Below the pieces are notes generated by a model that had not been told where the DNA came from, did not search any database, and saw only the letters and a list, made by a program, of their open reading frames with translations. 64,000 nucleotides of DNA. Origin: an uncultured bacterium (lineage in GTDB: Bacteria; Patescibacteriota; Minisyncoccia; Moranbacterales; GWC2-37-73). A program made the translations under genes and the position numbers. Where the stretch lies: assembly GCA_903851135.1 (NCBI GenBank), contig CAINNK010000012.1:4282-68281 (forward strand). Direction: 5' to 3'. Shown here piece after piece: positions 10,796-21,115 of this stretch; within the stretch, counting starts at the first letter, position 1; each line of letters begins with the position of its first letter.

Positions 10796-11025
10796 GTTAC
10801 TAATCGTAGCGAAAAAGGGAGAAAAACACAAATGGTAGTATTTAAAAAATATTTAATTTTGGCAATCTAACAATATAGCGATGTAACAATATAAATTTGC
10901 AATGACTAAAAAGGGCTTGTTTGTCAAGCAATTGTTGACACAGGTGGGAAAGGTTGCTAAGCTAAAGAACTTTGGAAAGAGAAGGGGTCATACGCAATAT
11001 AGGGTTTTAGAAACTAAATTAGAAA

Positions 11026-11140
11026 TTTTCATCTCGCTTGTTTACTTTTTAGGACACGCTCTTGGCCAGGATCTATAGCCAATCGCTCGCAGTTCGCTGT
11101 TGCTCGCAGTGGTCTAAAAAGCAAACAAGCTCATAAAAAT
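11026..11140. repeat. Long bulged-hairpin intergenic element
   Basis: GCTTGTTTACTTTTTAG pairs with CTAAAAAGCAAACAAGC; TCGCTCGC-type bulges inside. Confidence 0.55.
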
Positions 11141-11223
11141 TAGAATCACGAATTGCATTTGACCCAAGAGAAACATATACAATACCTTATACATTATACA
11201 AGATACCTTATACTATTTTTCAT

Positions 11224-12372
11224 ATGATTCTTGAGCCTAACCAACAATTTAAAAACGTTATTGATAGCGCAAAAAATGTGCTGATTTTCACGCCGCAAAA
11301 TGCGGGTGGGGATGCGTTGGGGGCTGCCTGGGCAACCTATTTTTTTCTCAAGAAAAAAAATATCGAAGCTACAATTGTGGTTGCCAACGAAAATCCACAT
11401 CTTGAACGTTTTGCTTTTTTAAGCAAACCAGAAAATATTATTGAAAGTTTGGCTGGCGCCAGAGATTTTGTGCTTTCTTTCAATACGAAATACAACAAAA
11501 TTACCAACGTGAAAACGGAGCGGGTCGAGGATGAGCTGCGAATTTTTATCACGCCAGAAAAAGGCTCAATTGATCCGCGAGATTTTTCTTTCATTCCGGC
11601 CAAGTTCAAATATGACCTCGTGATTGCGGTTGGCTGCGCCGACAAGGAATCCATTGGCAAGGTTTATGAAGAAAATCCGGATATTTTTTATGAGGTGCCA
11701 GTGGTCAATATTGATCAGCACACAGAAAATGATCAATTCGGCCAGATTAACGTGGTGGACATCAAGGCTTCTTGCACTTGCGAAATTTTGGCAGAAACTC
11801 TTTTGAGAATTGAAGAAAAAAACGTGGACGAAAACATCGCGGAGTGTTTGTTGACGGGACTTATTGATGAAACTAACAGCTTTCAAAATAAAAACACCAC
11901 GCCAAGGTCTTTGCAAATTGCGGCCGCTTTAATGACTAAGGGTGCCAAGCAGCAAAAAATTATTCGCTTTCTCTTTAAAACTCAACCTCTTCATTTACTC
12001 AAACTTTGGGGTCGGGTGATGGCGCGTCTGCAATGGGAAAGTGATTTGGAATTGGTTTGGGCGCCGGTTTTTCTGGAAGATTTTGTGCAAAGTCGCAGTA
12101 ATCCAAATGATGTGCCTTTTATTTTGGAAAAAATCAAAGAAAACTATTCGGCCGGAAAATTTTTCATGGTGCTTTATAGTGAAAACATTGGACAAGTTCA
12201 TGGCGTGATCAAGGGTGGCAATGATGAACAAATCAAGGCAGTGGCACAGCTTGTGGAGGGAAAATGTTTGGGCGATACTTGCGAATTCACTTTAAATTCA
12301 GATGACACTAACCAGGCCGGTATTTCTGTGGTGGAAAAAATCCGCAACTTGCTTGGAAGCAGAACAGAATAA
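11224..12372 (+). CDS. DHH/NrnA-like phosphoesterase (degenerate motifs)
   Basis: GGDALGA, VVNIDQH (at the DHH position), GLIDETNSF, LKLWGRVM. Confidence 0.75.
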   Translation: MILEPNQQFKNVIDSAKNVLIFTPQNAGGDALGAAWATYFFLKKKNIEATIVVANENPHLERFAFLSKPENIIESLAGARDFVLSFNTKYNKITNVKTERVEDELRIFITPEKGSIDPRDFSFIPAKFKYDLVIAVGCADKESIGKVYEENPDIFYEVPVVNIDQHTENDQFGQINVVDIKASCTCEILAETLLRIEEKNVDENIAECLLTGLIDETNSFQNKNTTPRSLQIAAALMTKGAKQQKIIRFLFKTQPLHLLKLWGRVMARLQWESDLELVWAPVFLEDFVQSRSNPNDVPFILEKIKENYSAGKFFMVLYSENIGQVHGVIKGGNDEQIKAVAQLVEGKCLGDTCEFTLNSDDTNQAGISVVEKIRNLLGSRTE

Positions 12373-12391
12373 ACTTTTTTTGGATATAAAA

Positions 12392-12424
12392 AGAACCCCG
12401 TCGTTATTCCGGCGGGGTTTTTGT
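12392..12424. terminator. Intrinsic terminator
   Basis: AACCCCGTCG...CGGCGGGGTT followed by a T-run. Confidence 0.6.
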
Positions 12425-12886
12425 TTGATAGGAGTTTTGGGCGACATGTTTGGGGAATTCTTTTTCCCATGCTTCGAGCGTGGAATGTAGCCAACTAATC
12501 AACCAGTTAATCATTGCATCATTAATTATTTCATAGCTGAAACTTTCATAAACGCTCTTGTACTCATAAAAATCCTTAAAGCATCCAGGAAAAGATATGC
12601 GAATGGAGAATTCAATTTTTTCGGACTCGAAAAGTAGTATTAGGCGGATACTGTTGTTTGTATTGATATCTAAAAAATCAAAAAAGAATTCTTCGCTTTC
12701 AAGTTTGCCTTTCAAACGCTCGATAAAATCGCCAATAATCCGAAATCGATGATATCCTCCCCAGTAAGTTAAGAAATGAGGTATGGAAGCCTCATACCAA
12801 CAATTTGAATCGAAGTCGCAAAGAGAGCCTCCTGTTGGTGGCTCTGCAATACAGACCGCAACTTTTGTTTGAATTTTAGTGCGCAT
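12404..12886 (-). CDS. Hypothetical protein
   Basis: ORF with SD AAGGAG upstream of MRTK; no recognised motif. Confidence 0.5.
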   Translation of the reverse strand: MRTKIQTKVAVCIAEPPTGGSLCDFDSNCWYEASIPHFLTYWGGYHRFRIIGDFIERLKGKLESEEFFFDFLDINTNNSIRLILLFESEKIEFSIRISFPGCFKDFYEYKSVYESFSYEIINDAMINWLISWLHSTLEAWEKEFPKHVAQNSYQTKTPPE

Positions 12887-12931
12887 AGCCTTCTCTCCTT
12901 TTAATTTCACAATTGATTTGAAACTCCGTCG

Positions 12932-13450
12932 TCACTGCGACGTGTTTTTTGTTGTGTTCTCGTCGTATTTAATGATTTTTAATTCTGTAATTTTAATTGC
13001 AAGGCTACAATCTCCAGTTGCAAGATTAAGCATTGAGATGTTTAATTTTTCTCCTGCAGTCTTGGCATCAGATGAAGATACTACAAATGTGCCAAGCACA
13101 TTTTTTGTTTCAAGGTCTTTTTCCTTATCAAAGAAATTTTCTAAATATTTATCAAGAAGCCCTTCTGTTACTACCTTGGCCTTCGTTTGGATCATTCCCC
13201 CGCCTAAGTTTCCTTGCACATCAGAAATAGTAAATAGTACTAACTGGGTTAATTGGTATTTTATTATTAATTCCCCATTGGGAAAATATTTTGGTTGAAG
13301 CGCATATGTCGTCCTTGATTTTAAAGATAGAACTTCAATTTGGTGCGAGTATCTTCTTTTTTGATAAATCAATAAAGCGAGGGCTGCAATCAATAATAAA
13401 ATAATTAATGCCATAAAAAAGCATGCTGGTAATAGAGTCATTTGGTTCAT
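12932..13450 (-). CDS. Hypothetical protein with N-terminal TM helix
   Basis: Hydrophobic N-terminus; SD GGAG; boxA-like leader; divergent from TrmB 13780. Confidence 0.6.
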   Translation of the reverse strand: MNQMTLLPACFFMALIILLLIAALALLIYQKRRYSHQIEVLSLKSRTTYALQPKYFPNGELIIKYQLTQLVLFTISDVQGNLGGGMIQTKAKVVTEGLLDKYLENFFDKEKDLETKNVLGTFVVSSSDAKTAGEKLNISMLNLATGDCSLAIKITELKIIKYDENTTKNTSQ

Positions 13451-13679
13451 CTCCTTCTCCGTTTGATTATTAAATTTTCAAAACAACTATAACAACACAG
13501 GATAGGCTAAAAAGAGATAGTATTCAATGTAAGTCGACGATTTTTAAATGCTGAAAATAAAAAAGGCTTGGATATTGACAAAATAGGTGGTTTCGTGTTA
13601 ATTTTGCGTAGTCGGAAGATGACGACTAAAGGTGAGTAGAAAGTTGAAAGTTTAAAGGTTACAAAGAAAAATATAAAAA

Positions 13680-13766
13680 TGTCATCCTGAACTTGTTTCA
13701 GGATCTTCGTTGCAGAAAAGCTGGTGATTTTAATTAAGTAGATGCTGAAACAAGTTCAGCATGACA
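13680..13766. repeat. REP-like TGTCAT...ATGACA palindromic element
   Basis: TGTCATCCTGAACTTGTTTCAGGATCT pairs with AGATGCTGAAACAAGTTCAGCATGACA. Confidence 0.8.
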
Positions 13767-13779
13767 GAAAATTAATTAT

Positions 13780-14532
13780 ATGCGAACGGAAAAATTTTTG
13801 GAGGAAATTGGAATTGAAGGCAAGAAAGCGGAAATTTATCTGGCTTGTTTGGAGTTGGGCGGAGCCACGGCCTATTTGATTGCCAAAAAAGCTGGGATCA
13901 AAAGACCGACGGCCTATGATATCATCAACCAATTGCTTAGTGAGGGCTTGGTTCACAAGTCAATCAAGAGTGGGGCGACCCATTTTTCGCCGACTGATCC
14001 GCAGGTGCTTATCAACAAAACCAAGGAGCGAATGGCAAAAATTGAAAAAGTGATGCCGTTGCTGCAAAATTTGTACAATTCTCCCAAAACCAAACCTTTC
14101 ATTCAATATTTTGAAGGGCGTGAAGGAATTCGCGAAATGTATGAAGACAGTTTGCGGTCACTCAAGAAAGGCGAAGAAATTTTGGGTTATGTGGGCGAAG
14201 GAATCACGCAGCACTTACCAGAGTATACCCAGGATTATGTCCAAAGAAGAACTGAAAAGGGCATTGTTTTTCGGGGAATTTACAAAGCTGCGCCAGAAAT
14301 TGTGGCCTATATGCGGAAAAATAAAGAGCAACTCAGGGTTGGCAGAATTCTGAGTGAAAAAGCTTTTCCAGTTTCCAATGAAATTAATATTTACAAAAAC
14401 AAAATGGCCATTGCCAGTTATGGCCGCGAAATGTTTGGAATGTTGATTGAATCAGAAGAAATAGTGCGCACTCAAAAAGCCATTTTTGAATTGGCTTGGC
14501 GCGGAGCCGAGGGGTTGGAAATCACAGGCTAG
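13780..14532 (+). CDS. TrmB-family transcriptional regulator
   Basis: IYLACLELG...IAKKAGIKRPTAYDII wHTH; KPFIQYFEGREG linker; C-terminal EINIYKNK...LIES...FELAW. Confidence 0.88.
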   Translation: MRTEKFLEEIGIEGKKAEIYLACLELGGATAYLIAKKAGIKRPTAYDIINQLLSEGLVHKSIKSGATHFSPTDPQVLINKTKERMAKIEKVMPLLQNLYNSPKTKPFIQYFEGREGIREMYEDSLRSLKKGEEILGYVGEGITQHLPEYTQDYVQRRTEKGIVFRGIYKAAPEIVAYMRKNKEQLRVGRILSEKAFPVSNEINIYKNKMAIASYGREMFGMLIESEEIVRTQKAIFELAWRGAEGLEITG

Positions 14533-14535
14533 TTC

Positions 14536-14574
14536 CCGAAGGCTAAACCTTCGGTGCTCCGAAGGTTTAGCCTT
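14536..14574. repeat. REP-like palindrome pair
   Basis: CCGAAGGCTAAACCTTCGG followed by inverted copy CCGAAGGTTTAGCCTT. Confidence 0.6.
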
Positions 14575-14782
14575 CTTGAAATCAAACATTGCAAATTGAG
14601 TCATATGCGTATAATTGCAATGTTATAATGAAAATAAAAAAATTATTTTATTTAAATGTTCGTATGTTTATATGCTTGAATGATTGAATGTTTTTTTGCA
14701 CAATTGGTGCGCTTAAGGTAGAATAATGATATAGAAAAAAAATTCTTTACTCACTGTAAAAACAAAAATACATATTTAGTCT

Positions 14783-17700
14783 ATGGTTAAAATTATCAAT
14801 CAAAATAATCCTGCCAATCCTTCCGTTCAAATCGCAGCAGACAAACTGTTGCAGAAAATGCGAGGACAATCAGAAGAAGAGCAGGCAGCTTTGCTGGCCA
14901 ATGCTTATGGTTTGCCATATGTTGATTTGAACATTTTCCCAGTCAGTTCTGAAAAAATCAGAACCATCAGTGAAGAAGATTCTCGGCAATACAAAATGGC
15001 GGTGTTTCAAAAAGTTGGAAAGGAAACCAGGATCGGTGTGCTCGACCCGTCTAGCGAGGGCATGCTTTTGCATCTCGAAAAACTAAAGAAAGAAAATGGC
15101 TGGATGATAATCCTGTATGTCATCTCGCAATCATCGCTGGAAAAAATTTGGAAGAGATATCAAGAAGTTCCTTTGCTTGAAAACCTTGAAGCGATGCAAA
15201 TTTCTCTGAGCGGTGAAGACCTGGAACGATTTGATGAGGAATTTGGCAGCATGCTGGATTTGAAAAAACGCATCAAGGAAATTCCAACCACCCAGATAAT
15301 TTCCATTATCATGGCTGGCGCTGTCAAAATGAAAGCCAGTGACATTCACTTTGAACCTCAAGAAAAAGAAGTGCGGATGCGTTTTCGTGTGGATGGTATT
15401 TTGCAAAATATCGGAGATTTTCCAGCAGATGTTTATCATTTTATTCTCTCCAGAATCAAAATGATGGGCAAGATGAAAATCAACATCAAGGACATTGCTC
15501 AAGACGGTCATTTTTCAATTGACATGACGGATGGCAAAATCAATGTGCGTACCAGCATCATTCCCGGTAATCACGGAGAATCAGTAGTAATGAGGCTTTT
15601 GAGTCAAGCTGACACCCTTTTGTCTGTTGAAGATTTGGGCTTGCGAGGATTGGCCTATGAAAATGTGCAAAAAGAAATTACCAAGCCCCATGGCATGATT
15701 TTAACAACCGGACCAACCGGTAGCGGGAAAACTACCACCTTGTATGCTTTGGTAAACAAACTTAATACGCAAGGGGTCAAAATAATCACCATCGAAGATC
15801 CGATTGAATATGAAATTAAAAACATTTCCCAAACTCAAGTTGCCAAAGATCGTAACTATACTTTTGCGGAAGGGCTTCGCGCGATTGTGCGTCAAGATCC
15901 GGACGTTATTTTAGTGGGAGAAATTCGAGATGAAGAAACTTCTGACATTTCAATTAATGCAGCGCTTACTGGCCATTTGGTGCTTTCAACACTCCACACC
16001 AATAATGCGCCAGCTTCGATTCCGCGTTTTATTGAGTTGGGAGTTAAACCGAATTTGATCGCGCCTTCTGTTAATGCTTTTATCGCTCAGCGCTTAGTGC
16101 GAAAGCTTTGCCCGCATTGCAAAGAAAGCTATGAGCCAGCCAAGGAAACAATTGATTCCATGAAAAAAATTCTTTCGATTATTTCGCCGAAAGCCAAAAT
16201 CGAAATTCCCAAAGAGGTTAAATCGCTATATCGTCCAGTTGGTTGTGACAAATGTCACGGGCTTGGTTTCAAAGGACGAATTGGAATTTTCGAAGTTCTG
16301 ACAATCAGTGAAAGTGTGGAAAAATTGATTCTTGAAATGGGCAGCGAAAGAGAAATAACTCAAGCAGCGCTGGAAGATGGCATGATAACCATGGCGCAAG
16401 ACGGAATTCTCAAGGCGATTGAGGGCGTAACTTCAATGGAAGAAGTTTGGCGTGCCACTGGGCAAACTGATTTTCTGGAAGACATCTATGCCAAGCTCAT
16501 GGAGTCTTCACTTTCACGCTCGATTGAAGTGACCAAAGATGATTTGGATTTCGTTTTTGAAAACATGACGTCCATTGACTCACTTGGGGGCATGATTAAG
16601 GAGGCTAATCAAAAAAGTATAGCCAAATATTTATTTGCCAGTAGTTTGCTTTTAGATGTTGGTGATATTCACATTGAACCAGAAGAGCATGATGTTAAAA
16701 TTCGTTTTCGAATTGATGGAATTTTGCAAACAGTTGCCATGGTTCCCTTAAATGAATACCCAAGCATTCTGGGCGAAATAAAATTTTTGAGCGGCTTTGC
16801 CAGTGAAGTCCGCGGCGGAGTGATTGATGGTCGTTTCATGATTTCACTTGAAGAGCCTTTTAAAAATATTTCTGAAACTAAAATTGACGTGCGCGTTTCG
16901 ATTATTCTGGGTGGCTACGGCGAAACAGTTGTAATGCGAATTTTGAACAAGTCTTCCATCACGCTTGATATTGAAAAATTGGGCATTCGCCAGCAAAATT
17001 TGGAAAAAATTCTAAGAGAATCGAAAAAACCGCATGGTGTGTTCCTCAACACTGGTCCAACCGGCAGCGGAAAAACCACAACCTTGTACAGTCTTTTGAA
17101 AGTGCTTAACAAATCAGAAGTGAAAATTATCACCGTTGAAGATCCGATTGAATATCAATTGGAAGGGATTTTGCAAACTCCTGTTAATGACAAAGAAGGG
17201 TATACTTTTGCTACTGCCTTGAGAGCTTTGTTGCGTCAAAACCCTGACATTATGATGATTGGTGAAATTCGCGATGAAGAAACTGCCAACATCGCCGTGC
17301 AAGCGGCTCTGACTGGCCACTCAATCCTTTCAACTTTGCACACCAACGATGCAGCTGGCTCAATTGCGCGTTTGGCCAACATGGGCGTGCGTGGTGATGA
17401 CATGGCTACTGCTATCAATGCCTTGATGGCCCAGCGTCTGGTTAGAAAACTTTGTGATTGTCGAGAAAAACGCCAGGCTTCGCCTGAAGAAAAAAACAAA
17501 ATTGAAAAAATTCTCGCCAGTGTTTCTGCCAAGTCTGGTGTGACCATTCCTACTGCTGATTTTGTTTTCCAGCCAAAGGGCTGCGAGAAATGCAAGGGCC
17601 TTGGCTACAAAGGACGCACCACGATTAGCGAAGTTTTGGTGGTTGACCGCGAAATCGAAGAGCTTATCAATCAAGGTGCATCTTCTTCTCAACTTCAAGA

Positions 17701-17800
17701 CAAAGCCATTGAAAACGGAATGATCACCATGGAGCAAGACGGAATGGTTAAAGTGTTGGAAGGCGAAACAACATTGGACGAAGTGGAGAGAGTGGTGTAG
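14783..17800 (+). CDS. pilB: Type IV pilus/T2SS assembly ATPase with two tandem PilB/GspE ATPase modules
   Basis: Two copies each of DIH(F/I)EP, GPTGSGKTTTLY, EDPIEY, RQ(D/N)PD-GEIRD, STLHTN, AQRLVRKLC and GCxxC. Confidence 0.92.
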   Translation: MVKIINQNNPANPSVQIAADKLLQKMRGQSEEEQAALLANAYGLPYVDLNIFPVSSEKIRTISEEDSRQYKMAVFQKVGKETRIGVLDPSSEGMLLHLEKLKKENGWMIILYVISQSSLEKIWKRYQEVPLLENLEAMQISLSGEDLERFDEEFGSMLDLKKRIKEIPTTQIISIIMAGAVKMKASDIHFEPQEKEVRMRFRVDGILQNIGDFPADVYHFILSRIKMMGKMKINIKDIAQDGHFSIDMTDGKINVRTSIIPGNHGESVVMRLLSQADTLLSVEDLGLRGLAYENVQKEITKPHGMILTTGPTGSGKTTTLYALVNKLNTQGVKIITIEDPIEYEIKNISQTQVAKDRNYTFAEGLRAIVRQDPDVILVGEIRDEETSDISINAALTGHLVLSTLHTNNAPASIPRFIELGVKPNLIAPSVNAFIAQRLVRKLCPHCKESYEPAKETIDSMKKILSIISPKAKIEIPKEVKSLYRPVGCDKCHGLGFKGRIGIFEVLTISESVEKLILEMGSEREITQAALEDGMITMAQDGILKAIEGVTSMEEVWRATGQTDFLEDIYAKLMESSLSRSIEVTKDDLDFVFENMTSIDSLGGMIKEANQKSIAKYLFASSLLLDVGDIHIEPEEHDVKIRFRIDGILQTVAMVPLNEYPSILGEIKFLSGFASEVRGGVIDGRFMISLEEPFKNISETKIDVRVSIILGGYGETVVMRILNKSSITLDIEKLGIRQQNLEKILRESKKPHGVFLNTGPTGSGKTTTLYSLLKVLNKSEVKIITVEDPIEYQLEGILQTPVNDKEGYTFATALRALLRQNPDIMMIGEIRDEETANIAVQAALTGHSILSTLHTNDAAGSIARLANMGVRGDDMATAINALMAQRLVRKLCDCREKRQASPEEKNKIEKILASVSAKSGVTIPTADFVFQPKGCEKCKGLGYKGRTTISEVLVVDREIEELINQGASSSQLQDKAIENGMITMEQDGMVKVLEGETTLDEVERVV

Positions 17801-17858
17801 GGTAGCTTGTTAGGCATTAGCTTTTTAGCTTTTAGAAAAATACATAAATTAGCTTGTA

Positions 17859-17883
17859 GTCCCAGTGGCATTTGCCACGGGAT
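17859..17883. repeat. REP-like palindrome between short direct repeats
   Basis: GTCCCAGTGGCATTTGCCACGGGAT flanked by TTAGCTTTTAG(A/G)AAATACA repeats. Confidence 0.5.
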
Positions 17884-17996
17884 AAACTTCGTTAGCTTTT
17901 AGGAAATACACAAACTAACTTTTAGTTTTTAGAAAAATAAAAAAAGTTCACGGTTGTTAGTTTATAGTTCACAGTTGAAGTTAGAAAATAGAAAAC

Positions 17997-18030
17997 AAAA
18001 AAACAGAACTTTCAAAAGTTCTGTTTTTTT
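17997..18030. terminator. Bidirectional terminator
   Basis: AAAAAAACAGAACTTT-ca-AAAGTTCTGTTTTTTT between convergent genes. Confidence 0.7.
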
Positions 18031-18046
18031 GATTATTTTTTTGGGA

Positions 18047-18595
18047 TTATTGTTTTTCGACAGGGACTTTTTCTCTGTCGTCTGGCAAAACAGTTTCCCT
18101 GCAAGCAACCATCAGCGCAAATTGATTAAAGAAAAGATGTTCTTTTTCAAGAAAATCCTTAAGAGTGTTTTCTGTTTCTGGAGCTAGATTTTCTCCAACT
18201 TGGTTCTTGATTTTTAACACATCTTTGACAGCTTTTTCAAACTCAGCGTGCCACAAAGATTGGTCCTCCTGCCAAGTTTCATCGCTGGCTTTTTCAAAAT
18301 CTTGATTAAATGCAACCGTGCAATCAGTAAAACATTTGGCAGTTTCAATTATACTATCCTTGAAATGCTCAATGTTTTTTGTGTATTCAGTTGGGCTTAA
18401 AAGGTTTTTTAATGAATCAAAATAATCCATCAAAACAAAATAATAATTGGAAAGTTCTTCAAACTTTTTCACATTATTTCTCAAACTTTTTTCTACTCCT
18501 TGATATTTTTCCAGCCTCTCTCCTTCTGAAAGTTCAAATGGGTGCAGTTTAGAAATTTCAATCCCTACATTTTCAAAGTGAAATTGTTCTGACAT
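18047..18595 (-). CDS. Hypothetical helical protein
   Basis: 182-aa ORF, charged and helical; no motif recognised. Confidence 0.65.
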   Translation of the reverse strand: MSEQFHFENVGIEISKLHPFELSEGERLEKYQGVEKSLRNNVKKFEELSNYYFVLMDYFDSLKNLLSPTEYTKNIEHFKDSIIETAKCFTDCTVAFNQDFEKASDETWQEDQSLWHAEFEKAVKDVLKIKNQVGENLAPETENTLKDFLEKEHLFFNQFALMVACRETVLPDDREKVPVEKQ

Positions 18596-18816
18596 ATTTT
18601 TTTAATTAAGAAATATTCTTACTTTTTTATATCTACATTATATCTATATTTTTAAAATAAAAAAAGAGGCAAGATATATCCAATGTCTCGCTAATCTTTA
18701 AAGCTAATTTTAAAAAATATCCAGCAGGTCTTTAAAATTATTGTTTAAAATTTTTTACTCGCACAACCCATGAGAAGTAATGAGATAAAATTCTTATAAG
18801 TTTTGTTGGAAAAAAA

Positions 18817-19653
18817 TTAATCAATCAATTCGAGTGCTAATTTACTTAGTTGTTGTCTTCGATTCTTCATTTTGTCTGCGTAGTTATTTTTTTCTGTTTC
18901 ATTCTCTAGTTCTTGGCCCCATGAAACACTAAGAATGCTGGATTTATCAGAGGGATCAAAAACTCCAGAAGAGTCGCTCGAAAAAATATCAACATTAACG
19001 CAAGCAAGCTGAGGTGATTTTATTTCTGTTAGAATTTTGAAAAATTTTGATGTTTTTGGTCTGTACATATAACTAAACCATTCTCCGTAGACTTCACTTG
19101 ATGGACAAGCTTCCTTTATTAATCTGCAGGCTAGCAGTAAGGAATCTCCTTCATTGCAAAATTCATCTATTACACATATTTTTTTGTCGTTCAATTTCAT
19201 GCCAAAGATTTCCAATAGTTGACTTCTTTCGCTTTTGGTAATCTGGCTAAATTGTTCGGGATTAATTTCTGACAGTGGTGTGGCAAGCTGAGTTACTGTT
19301 TTTTCTCTACCAATGTTTAAAAAACTGAAACCAGGTTTAATGTTATTGGACGTGGTGGCATCCCAAATTTTAGATATGAAATACCCAAGTAACCTAGCAC
19401 TCTTATCTAAAAAAATAACCTCCTCAATTGATTCTTCTCTTAATTTGTCAACCACCTTTTTTGCTCGTAGCAATACATTATGACGGTCATTTTCACCTCT
19501 GAATGTTTGGTCGTATTGAATATTTTCTAGGGATCTTTTTTCTTGCATAATCCTTTCCAGTTCTTTGTTATCTGGAGCAATATTTTTTGTACATTCCTCC
19601 TCATGTGCAGTCTTTTTTTTGTAGTTTTCTTGATTTGTTGACATTGTTTCCAT
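18817..19653 (-). CDS. Phosphoribosyltransferase-like fold protein
   Basis: VIFLDKSAR and ICVIDEFCNEGDSL resemble the PRT PPi loop and PRPP loop. Confidence 0.55.
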   Translation of the reverse strand: METMSTNQENYKKKTAHEEECTKNIAPDNKELERIMQEKRSLENIQYDQTFRGENDRHNVLLRAKKVVDKLREESIEEVIFLDKSARLLGYFISKIWDATTSNNIKPGFSFLNIGREKTVTQLATPLSEINPEQFSQITKSERSQLLEIFGMKLNDKKICVIDEFCNEGDSLLLACRLIKEACPSSEVYGEWFSYMYRPKTSKFFKILTEIKSPQLACVNVDIFSSDSSGVFDPSDKSSILSVSWGQELENETEKNNYADKMKNRRQQLSKLALELID

Positions 19654-19749
19654 ATCATTAGGTCTTTATTTATTATCTAAATTTTTTAGCATTGGACTAG
19701 TGAATACTTATATTATATGACACATTATTAATAATGTCATTTCATAAAA

Positions 19750-19781
19750 AAGAGGTGAGACATATCTAATGTCTCACCTCT
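19750..19781 (-). terminator. Intrinsic terminator of the radical SAM gene
   Basis: AGAGGTGAGACAT-atcta-ATGTCTCACCTCT with a minus-strand U-tract. Confidence 0.7.
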
Positions 19782-19796
19782 AACCACCTTGACTGC

Positions 19797-20927
19797 TTAG
19801 ACTTTCTTGCGAAAGTTCCAGCACCTGACGGTGTCGACAAACCCCTGCTCAAGCAGATGCTCGTTGTCGAGGTTTACTGCTCGGCGACCGAGGCAAGAAT
19901 GGCACGTTTCTTGGGCGAAGTTTGCGCATTCGTTGCCGCATTTCCCACCATACTTTCGGGCGCGTATGATGCGCATCTCGGTGCTGTTCCAGCAGTCACT
20001 TAGAGATGACGTGTGCATATTGCCAAGGATCAAATCCATAGCTCCAATGCAAGGGCGAACTTCACCGTATTGCGATACATACAAGTGATGCATATATCTG
20101 TCACAAACGGTGCCGACATAGCTTTGTGAAAGTTCCCAAGCGTTGCCAAACTCTTTTGCGTCAATTTCTTGAAGCTCAAGTAGTTTGTTTTTTAGTACTT
20201 GGTCAGATGCACAAAGTTGGCAATTTGTTCCGCGACCACGCTCTAGCAAGCTATCGCAATCAAAAATGATATTATTGATTCTGCAGTAGCGCAGAATTTC
20301 AACAACATCGCTCAGATTATCAAGCATGCCATCTTCGCCAAGCATGATGCTAGTCACCAACGCCATGCGAGATTTGCGACCAAACTTTTTCAAACACTCG
20401 GCTTCATTATTGAATCTCTTGCTCATCAAAAGTTTGATCGCTTCATTGCGTTTCGCCCCATAACCCTTGCGAACAAGGTTTTCAGCGGGATTGCTTGTGA
20501 ACTGATCCTGTTTTTCAGCATCAAGCGTGTTGCCCTTGAGCATGATTTCAATGGGCAGTTCATATAATTCAGCCGCCAATTGCTCAGTTATAAATTCACC
20601 TGTTGTAAACAAGGTGACAAATATCCCAAGTTCCTGGCACTTGCGGATAATCTTCATTGTGAGGTGAAGATTTTTCCCAAGCAATGGTTCACCAGCGCCA
20701 GGAATGCCGATTGAGTCGACACCAAGCTGCTTGGCTTGATTTAAAATTGATTCGTATTGCTCGCAGGAGAGCAATTTCTCCTTTTCAAGCCTCTCACCGC
20801 CACATGCGTAACAGTAGGAACAGAAAAGGTTACAATAACCAGGAATCTCCAACCACATGGTTTGGAGCTTGCCAGTGTTTGCTCTTTCTAATCCGTGCTG
20901 AACTGATTTTGTGCTGATGTTTTTCAT
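19797..20927 (-). CDS. Radical SAM protein with SPASM domain
   Basis: CNLFCSYC, GAGEP, C-terminal C...GEVRPC...GN...CGNEC...CHSC...C; start at MKNI after SD AAGGGAG. Confidence 0.92.
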   Translation of the reverse strand: MKNISTKSVQHGLERANTGKLQTMWLEIPGYCNLFCSYCYACGGERLEKEKLLSCEQYESILNQAKQLGVDSIGIPGAGEPLLGKNLHLTMKIIRKCQELGIFVTLFTTGEFITEQLAAELYELPIEIMLKGNTLDAEKQDQFTSNPAENLVRKGYGAKRNEAIKLLMSKRFNNEAECLKKFGRKSRMALVTSIMLGEDGMLDNLSDVVEILRYCRINNIIFDCDSLLERGRGTNCQLCASDQVLKNKLLELQEIDAKEFGNAWELSQSYVGTVCDRYMHHLYVSQYGEVRPCIGAMDLILGNMHTSSLSDCWNSTEMRIIRARKYGGKCGNECANFAQETCHSCLGRRAVNLDNEHLLEQGFVDTVRCWNFRKKV

Positions 20928-21016
20928 AGTTTTCTCCCTTAATTGATTGATTATGCTTCCGGCCGGAAAGCACAAAGATCAAAAGGAGGAAACACTTCGA
21001 ATTTTTAAGGGACCTT
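20928..21016 (-). promoter_or_regulatory. Conserved structured 5' leader (copy A)
   Basis: boxA-like GTCCCTTAAAAA, anti-SD CCTCCTTT, hairpin TGCTTTCCGGCCGGAAGCA and SD; homologous to 21419-21506. Confidence 0.65.
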
Positions 21017-21115
21017 TCCAAATCTCAGCCCACTATTGCTAATGAGCTAGGACAAGGGGTGGAATAATCAGATGATTATTCCACCTGCAAATTTTCAACT
21101 AGCTAAAATGATGTT

